Source: Paraspadella gotoi
Taxonomy: Eukaryota > Animalia > Chaetognatha
Reading direction: 5' to 3'
DNA length: 14,455 nucleotides
Assembly (NCBI GenBank): GCA_051294375.1
Contig: JBJCIZ010000662.1
Span: 1 to 14,455, forward strand
Below are positions 8,508-14,455 of this stretch, piece after piece. The notes under the pieces are model-generated. The model was not told the origin of the DNA. It worked only from the letters and a program-made list of their open reading frames with translations, and did no database searches. Position numbers and translations under genes: made by a program. Numbering within the stretch: position 1 is the stretch's first letter; each line of letters begins with the position of its first letter.

Positions 8508-10223
8508 ACATACATTCCCCAAGAATTGGCGTTAGCCTCAGCAGAACGCCGCTTGAGGGAAGACCGGAAGTTGCACGAAGCGTACGCCAATCCAATTGGA
8601 TGACATATGGCATTGCTGCGGCTGGACCTGGAACTGGCGTACTTCAGGTTCGATGGACAATATATGCCCAGCCTGGTGGCTTAGGGATGGGCAAATCAAC
8701 ATCAAGTCCTCTGGCAGATTTCTATATGGAGGACTATGAGGTGGAAGCTTTGGCTTCTTTTCGATCGTTGCATGGGGCAGAGTCAGTCCTCTTCTGGTAT
8801 CGGAAGGCAGACGATACTATCCTGGCCGTGAAGAGGGACCTCCTCGAGGACCTCTTAAAACACTTGAACAGCATACACGCGAGCATCAAGTGGACATGTG
8901 AGAAGGAGATGAATGGGTCGATTCCAATGCTCGATGTGCTGATTCAGCGCAAAGAGGGCGATTCATTGGAATTTTTGGTATATCGCAAACCTACGCACAC
9001 AGACCAATACCTTCTCTTCAACTCTCATGCTTCCTTGTCTCATAAGCTCGCCACGGTCAGGTCCCTTACCAGGAGAGCCAAGCTGATTCCGTCAACCCCC
9101 GAGCTTCAGGCCGCCGAGCTTGAGCACGTCAAAAGAGCCTTGGCGATCAATGGCTACCCTTTGTGGGCCTTCGAGAAGGCCAGGTATCGGCGGCGCCTGG
9201 CTGAGGGCAGTGGCGACCAAGGAGCTGCCCAAGTAGCCTCTAACGCAGACCCTTCCTCGACCCCCCAGGAGGCAGGAAGGGATCTTGCTGCTGAAGAGCC
9301 CACCGCGCCCACCACAGCGCACCCGGAAGATAAGCAGAAGCGACCTAGGAACGTGGGCCACCTGTCCCTCCCTACCACCAGGGGATCACTGAGTCATTGG
9401 TGCAGGTGCTAGCAAAGCAGGGGATCTCCACCTCAGTGACGGCCCGCGGCTCCCTACATGAGCAATTGGTGAAACCGAAAGATAAAATCCCCAGACCGAA
9501 AACATTAGGAGCCGTCTACTGGGCGGCCTGTGCAGGGGTGGGCAACCAACTCTGCACAGCAGCATACGTGGGCGAGACAGGCAAGTCTCTCACAGACCGT
9601 TTCCAACAGCACACAAAGCCCTATTGTGATGCCCGTGGACACTTCCTGTCCGCAATCGCTGAGCACACAGCGAACACTTGTCATGCATTTAGAGAGACTG
9701 TCTCGTGCTGTCCCATGACCCGAACTGGTTCACAAGAGGTATTAGAGAGGCAATTTACATCAAAGCCCTCGAACCTTCCTTGAATCGTGATGGAGGACGA
9801 TTCGACCTCCCTCCAAGCTATGATTTGCTTATCAAAAGCGTGGTGGAGGCCCCGCCACCACCACGACCGCACAATGATTCCCCTTTCTCCACTCAACGAG
9901 ACAGGCGGAGACCCTTGCGAAGGAAATGGGCAGACGATGCCTCTCCCTTGATTGTAGAAACTCAGTCCCTCTCTCTGGGGAATGTGCGCCGCCCAAAACG
10001 ACGGCTACATGAGGAGGGAGAGGAGTCCGTCACTCCTGTCGCAAAAGTGGCAAAAACGGACAACCGCCCGCCTAGCCAGCAGGCGAGAAGGGGGCAGTCG
10101 GCAGGCGTATCAGTCCAGAGAGACATTCGAGTTGCACTTGGTCTTTTCCCGCAAGGAAGTCTGCCTAATGCAATGACAACGAACTCAATAAGATTGTCAT
10201 CTCAACCAATGACTCGTCAATGA
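8508..10223 (+). pseudogene. Frameshifted PLE polyprotein: reverse transcriptase (from just after motif A), thumb, GIY-YIG endonuclease, C-terminal extension
   Basis: TYIP...YFRFDGQ/YAQPGGLGMGKSTSSPLADFYME...WYRKADDT...WTCEKE...PMLDV...VYRKPTHTDQYL..SH...NGYP. Then GAVY(9508-9519)..C..C..YVGETG(9565-)..R...H..SAIAEH...REAIYI...LNRDGG. Frameshifts near 8580, 8606, 8662, 9371 and 9690-9705. Confidence 0.93.
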
Positions 10224-10648
10224 CCCGGCTCCATCGTTAAGGCCTTTCATTTGCATAAACCAAGGGGGTCCTGCTCATTTTGAGCTCTATCTTAATTCTT
10301 AATTTTTCACTTTAACAATCACTTATCTATCCCTCACAAAAATTTATTATTTCACATTTAAAAAATTTATTTCCTTTCATTACTATCTATTTATTATTAG
10401 ATTAATTGTTAAATTCACTATTAGTTTAAACTTTTTCCTTGTTGTACATTGCACAATGTATTATTTTGTCTCTCTTTGTTTCTCTCTCTCTCTCTCTCTC
10501 TCCTTCTCTCTCTCTCTCCCTCTGTCTAGCTCTCTTTCACCAATTGACAATTTCACTTCTTTTCACAACTGATCTGTCCTCAACTTAAACTGTACTCATT
10601 CTTTAAACCACTATCTCTGTGTTGGAAACTTTTTGCCCTCTCTCTCTT

Positions 10649-10683
<35 letters not shown>

Positions 10684-10714
10684 TCTTTTGCACAAATTTG
10701 TAGATGCTTTATTA

Positions 10715-10757
10715 ACGCTGATGAAGGCTCGAAATAAAAGAGTCGAAACATGTCCGT
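10715..10757 (+). ncRNA. Minimal type I hammerhead ribozyme, intact core
   Basis: ACG-CUGAUGA(10718-10724)-A-GGCUC(GAAAUAAAA)GAGUC-GAAA-CAUG-UC-CGU. Stem I ACG/CGU. Predicted cleavage after C10754. AATAAA at 10763-10768. Confidence 0.9.
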
Positions 10758-11234
10758 ACACAAATAAAATTGTTGATGAAATTATTTCCAAACTTTGCTT
10801 AGATATAAAAATTATATTTTCTTATATCAACTTTTTGCAAAGAATTTGCATCCATGAAAACAATTTTGAAATTATTATTTTTTTAACTTTAACCTAATTT
10901 TTACTCTTAATTATTAATAAATATAGATAACTAACTATTTATAAAACATAAAATTTAGAAATAAACTTACCAAAATATTTTTATAAATGTTTATTTTTAT
11001 ATTTCAAAAGCTCATATAAATTTTATAAAATTTTAATAATTTGATTTATCATAACTTATAATGGTTTTGCTATTTTATAACAATTTTATATACATTAAAA
11101 ACCGTCATTTCCGACAAGAAAGAAAAAATTATACAAAAAATGGTCATCACCATCGAATTCTACAGACTACATTACACTAAAATAGCTATGTACCTCACTT
11201 GATTTGTTATATTTTGTTATTTTTCAACGCTCTA

Positions 11235-11831
11235 ATGTGAATCTTTTCCAGAACCAGATCTGACTGACCTCCCTTACTTCCTTGTCCCTGATCTCCTGTT
11301 AGGGTGGTTGGAATGCTCGCAAAGAGCATCACTAGGGCAGCTCAAAGCCCGGCCAGCTCCTGCTGCAGCACAAGAACCAGCCTGGCTGAGCTTGCCCCAG
11401 TGCAGAAGCACCCTCCACCTCAGATTGAGACGGCTCTTTTGAATCATCATCATGACCAGTGACAATCACCTTGGGCCACCTTGAAAGGACCACCAAGCAC
11501 TCCTCCAGCTCTATCAGGGAAAAAATATATGGGAGGATAACTTGGGCTCTTTGGAAACCCTCGTTGCTGTGCCAATCTATTCCAAGCAAGAAGAGTAACT
11601 CGAACTTGATTAACTTCATCTCTATTAGCCTTAGCTCTTTTAGAATCCCATGTCGTTATGCTCGTCCCCTCCAATACCATCAGGGCGGCATCCGAGGGTT
11701 GTAAAATGGAATCTTCCCTTCCACGACCTGCTTCAGCTCCGCGACCAACTCGAGGTGAGCCGCCCGAAGCTCATCATCGGGCTGATTGTTGCGGAGCGAC
11801 CGGCAAAGGCCCAAGCCAAGCTATCTCAAAT
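11235..11831 (-). pseudogene. 5' half of the decayed coding sequence continuing at 7834
   Basis: LRNNQPDDELRAAHLELVAELKQVVEGKIPFYNPRMPP*WYWRGRA*RHGILKELRLIEMKLIKFELLFLLGIDW.../...RSGTRK*GRSVRSGSGKDSH. Preceded by a strong polypyrimidine acceptor (ttttcttttcctatag, exon start 11831). Confidence 0.55.
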
Positions 11832-12173
11832 CTATAGGAAAAGAAAAAAAATGAAAATTAAAGGGGAAAAGGTTGAATAAAATATGTCAAATTTGTATAT
11901 AAGGGGTGAGCCTCGTCGTAAAAAAGAGACACTCAAGCCGTCATAATCTTTGGCTGAGGGTGTGAGAGACCATCATCATCGTGAATAGACCGAATCTTTT
12001 GTCTCCAGCGTCGCGAAACTCCATGCGTCGTAATTTTTGCCAAGAGAGAAAGGGAGAAAAATTGTCAGTTTATTTTACCGGCGTCACGTTTTAGCAAATA
12101 AATTGCATAATAAAGGCCGGGAATCAAAGTAAAAAATTTCAATCGAAAGAAAACCGGGCAGCCTCATACAGAT

Positions 12174-12360
12174 ATTATGCCATTTGACCAAATTATGCCA
12201 GCTGAAAAAATTGTGCCAGTCTACTAGTTATGCCATTTGATTTTGCAAATTGACCAAATTATTCCAGTTGACCAAATTATGCCAGTTGACGAAATTATAC
12301 CAGTTGATCCAATTACATCAATTGACCAAGTTATGCCTTTTTATCAAATTTCACCAATTA
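12174..12360. repeat. 18-bp minisatellite (ATTATGCCAGTTGACCAA), ~10 units
   Basis: Directly visible tandem units with scattered substitutions. Confidence 0.9.
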
Positions 12361-12628
12361 ATTGATTTATCATTTTTTTCATATATTTACTAAGAAGTCT
12401 GTTTTGATTTGTTATGCTACGATTTGTTATGATCTGTTTAGATCACAAATTGAAAGTCAGAAAAAATTACTGTGATTTATCATTGGATTAGCGTATTACC
12501 ACTTAATTATCGCAGGCAGATCCGATATTGTTTGCTCATACTTGTTCTATTTTGCACAGCTACTCCATTATGAAAGTTTATATTTACTGTATCTATTTAA
12601 CTGTGCTTGTGATGAAATATTATTTTAA

Positions 12629-12731
12629 TTTTTAGTTACGCCATGAGTACTCACGGAGCAGCTCTATAAGTCACTTTTCGGTTGATCAGTCAGTTGGTTG
12701 GTCTGTCGGTATGTCTGCCGGTTGGTCTGTC
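12629..12731 (-). mobile_element. HINE/Helentron-like short repeat end
   Basis: Minus strand: (GACA/CAAC)n microsatellite - AAAGTGACTTATAGAG - palindrome (ccatgagtactcacgg, 12641-12656) - ACTAAAAA. Same layout as 13323-13456. Confidence 0.55.
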
Positions 12732-12907
12732 TTACTTACGTTAGAAATGTTCATAACTTGCATATAGTTGGTTGCTCGATGCTCATTTGTTAAGAAGGGA
12801 AAATCTTCAAATTTAATTGATTACTAGCGCCGCCTTCAGAAAATCCTAAACTATAAAAAACCGATGCAGTGCGTGTCATAAATACATGGGCTAAGAAAGT
12901 TATTGTA

Positions 12908-12957
12908 GTCATTTAGTCATGTCATGTCATTTCATATTGTGTTATGTCATGTCATGT
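12908..12957. repeat. (GTCAT)n-like pentanucleotide microsatellite
   Basis: gtcat/gttat units visible. Confidence 0.7.
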
Positions 12958-13066
12958 TACGAAAAATACATGTCAAAAGGCAGTCACTGCGGTGAAACAC
13001 ATTTTCATTATCATTCTTGTTATGTACAATTTTCCCTATGCCATACTGTTGACGTTTAATTTTTAC

Positions 13067-13294
13067 CCTTTTTTTAATCCAAGCAAACATTCCTTTGCCA
13101 CAAATGATGCAATGAGACCCATTTACTGCCACTGTTCCTAGTTCACAAGGAGTACAATTGACTGAACCAGCTTGTAGAGTAATACTATTTCCTTTACATT
13201 TGTAACATGTTTCTGATCCCTGTAGGTTTGAGTAGTATCCATAGGGACAAAACTCACATGATGCTTGTCCTTCATCATCCTGGAATTTACCTAC
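13067..13294 (-). CDS. Upstream 228-bp coding exon with GCC2/GCC3 Cys-rich repeats (largely missed by the ORF track)
   Basis: Acceptor ttttttacag|, then VGKFQDDEGQASCEFCPYGYYSNLQGSETCYKCKGNSITLQAGSVNCTPCELGTVAVNGSHCIICGKGMFAWIKKR, then donor |gtaaaa. Phase 0 at both ends. Confidence 0.85.
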
Positions 13295-13322
13295 CTGTAA
13301 AAAATATGATTTTTAATGAATT

Positions 13323-13456
13323 ATTTTTAGTCGGATCTGCTTATCAGCAGATTCTGACTCTAAAATTCACTTTGTCAGTTCGTCAGTCCCACCCAAAAAT
13401 CTTGTCAGTAAAACATTTTTATCATATCAGAACATCAAGTTATGATAAATTATGCA
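13323..13456 (-). mobile_element. HINE/Helentron-like short repeat with terminal hairpin
   Basis: Minus strand ggactgacgaactgacAAAGTGAATTTTAGAG-tcagaatctgct.gata.agcagatccgact-AAAAA. Homologous to 2680-2799. Confidence 0.6.
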
Positions 13457-13493
13457 TGTGTTAATCCTTTTGTTTCGTTGCTTTAATGTTAGT

Positions 13494-13563
13494 AGACCTC
13501 GGTCTAGTTTTTTTTTATTAATACCAAAGACCTTGGTCTGTTTTTTTTTTTATTAATACCAAA
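13494..13563. repeat. Tandem duplication of a ~34-bp unit
   Basis: agacctYggtct(a)g-T-run-attaataccaaa occurs twice in tandem. Confidence 0.8.
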
Positions 13564-14048
13564 AACAGTATTGACAAAATCAGAAACAGTATTAGTGTAA
13601 AAAACTAGAAAACAGTAAGCAAGTAAAAACTAAACTATTAAAATTCAACAGAAACAGACACTAACATTTAAATGGACTCATGAATAAAATGTTATGAACT
13701 AATTCATTAGAAACTATGAAATATAACGTTCAAGAACGTTCAAAATTCAAATTTTTAAACCAAAAAACATCAAGTATAAAAAAGAAGCAACATTAATAAA
13801 ACCTTCAAAAATAATTCAACATTAATAAAATGTTCAAAGATTATGCGTAAAAACAAAAAACATAGAATAAAAACAAAAACAAAAAATATAAAAAAACAAC
13901 AAAAAATATGAAAACAAAAAAACAAAAACAAAAAAGAATCAGAAATTTTTTTTTAAATAATGTTCAAGAACGTTTAAGGATCAAATGTAAAAATCATAAA
14001 CTGAAAAAAGTAAAAAGCGAAAAATGTCAAGTATAAAAAGGAAGCAAC

Positions 14049-14263
14049 TGTGGCAGGAGTTGTTTACGACATGAGGTTTGAATCGAGAATGGTCTATTCT
14101 CCAACGATAAAATAATAACAATAACAATTGATACTAAGTCTAAACAATGAGATATTATAAGGTCAAATACGAAACCGGTGAAATCATGTGAGAGAGAGAG
14201 AGAGAGAGAGAGTTCTTGAAAAAGTTGGTCGATCGCAGAAGGTCACGTGTGGTTACTGCCACA
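14049..14263 (-). mobile_element. 3' LTR (215 bp) of an LTR retrotransposon extending beyond the window
   Basis: TGTGGCAG(14049-14056)...CTGCCACA(14256-14263) is a perfect 8-bp terminal inverted repeat with TG..CA ends. It abuts a purine-rich tract on the minus strand and contains an (AG)n tract. Confidence 0.75.
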
Positions 14264-14275
14264 CGTCCCCCCACC
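14264..14275 (-). other. Polypurine tract (plus-strand primer site)
   Basis: Minus strand GGTGGGGGGACG immediately before the TGT of the LTR. Confidence 0.7.
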
Positions 14276-14325
14276 GAGGCTTCGACCCAATGGGGAGAAG
14301 TCTATGAGAGTTTTTGATTCTTGTT

Positions 14326-14454
14326 TTAATCTTCATCAGTGGGTTGAAGCATTGAAGGGAGAATGTTCATTAGGCCTGGAATTTGGTTTGCTTGACGTCT
14401 GAGCGTTGGAATGATTGAAGGTGACGCGGGAGGAGGCGGTGGAACGATTGGCGT
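14326..14454 (-). CDS. Probable Pro-rich C-terminus of the LTR element's pol/integrase ORF (partial)
   Basis: Open frame TPIVPPPPPASPSIIPTLRRQANQIPGLMNILPSMLQPTDED* ending ~50 bp before the PPT. No diagnostic motif in view. Confidence 0.4.
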   Translation of the reverse strand, partial: TPIVPPPPPASPSIIPTLRRQANQIPGLMNILPSMLQPTDED

Positions 14455-14455
14455 G

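Larger units (their letters stand above)
8410..10801 (+). mobile_element. 5'-truncated Penelope-like retrotransposon (Penelope/Poseidon architecture) with inverted 5' pLTR piece and 14-bp TSD
   Basis: Exact TSD GATATAAAAATTAT at 8396-8409 and 10802-10815. Contains an RT-thumb-GIY-YIG ORF remnant, a 3' pLTR with hammerhead, and a terminal inverted copy. Confidence 0.93.
7841..11234. mobile_element. Foldback/MITE-type DNA element with very long imperfect inverted arms, interrupted by the Penelope-like element
   Basis: 7842-~8270 is the reverse complement of ~10810-11234 (shared blocks: gcgttgaaaaataac, acatagctattttagtgtaat, gtctgtagaattcgatg, aaatattttggtaagtttattt, caaaaagttgatataagaaa). Centre of symmetry near 8335. 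ATGTGA is directly repeated at 7835-7840 and 11235-11240. Confidence 0.85.

Noticed and set aside
8600-9412. Intact stand-alone RT, retron or telomerase gene
   Set aside because: It is 5'-truncated and frameshifted, and the downstream GIY-YIG and pLTR identify it as a PLE.
9092-9896. Antisense and alternate-frame ORFs over the PLE
   Set aside because: Shadows of GC-rich RT/endonuclease coding sequence with no motifs.
12111-12126. TAAAGGCCGGGAATCA as a fifth MITE TIR
   Set aside because: Partial match only, lacks TTAA, and no partner end or internal homology was found.
12174-12360. CRISPR-like array
   Set aside because: The units are contiguous 18-mers with no unique spacers, and the context is eukaryotic. 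It is a minisatellite.
13560-14048. A-rich region with recurring gttcaagaacgtt and tcaagtataaaaa.gaagcaac
   Set aside because: Looks like local low-complexity duplication with no evident function.

Overview
AT-rich eukaryotic, probably invertebrate, genomic DNA. Two minus-strand coding exons of a Cys-rich GCC2/GCC3 (ephrin-receptor-like) repeat protein lie at 13067-13294 and 2833/2815-3981. They appear to bracket a ~9 kb intron filled with nested transposons. The main feature is a Penelope-like retroelement (PLE) family. One 5'-truncated copy (8410-10801) has RT + GIY-YIG, a 14-bp TSD and an inverted pseudo-LTR with tail; three further 3'-end/pLTR fragments are present. Each copy carries a minimal type I hammerhead ribozyme (two with intact cores, two degenerate). 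The family is unusual: KADD replaces YxDD in the RT, and a ~128-aa C-terminal extension shows codon-level conservation between copies. The PLE sits inside a long-TIR foldback element, which itself splits a decayed gene. Also present: two TTAA-flanked Kolobok-like MITEs, three HINE/Helentron-like short repeats, minisatellites, a 25-N assembly gap, and the 3' LTR plus PPT of an LTR retrotransposon at the right edge. All calls come from manual reading; no database searches were run.
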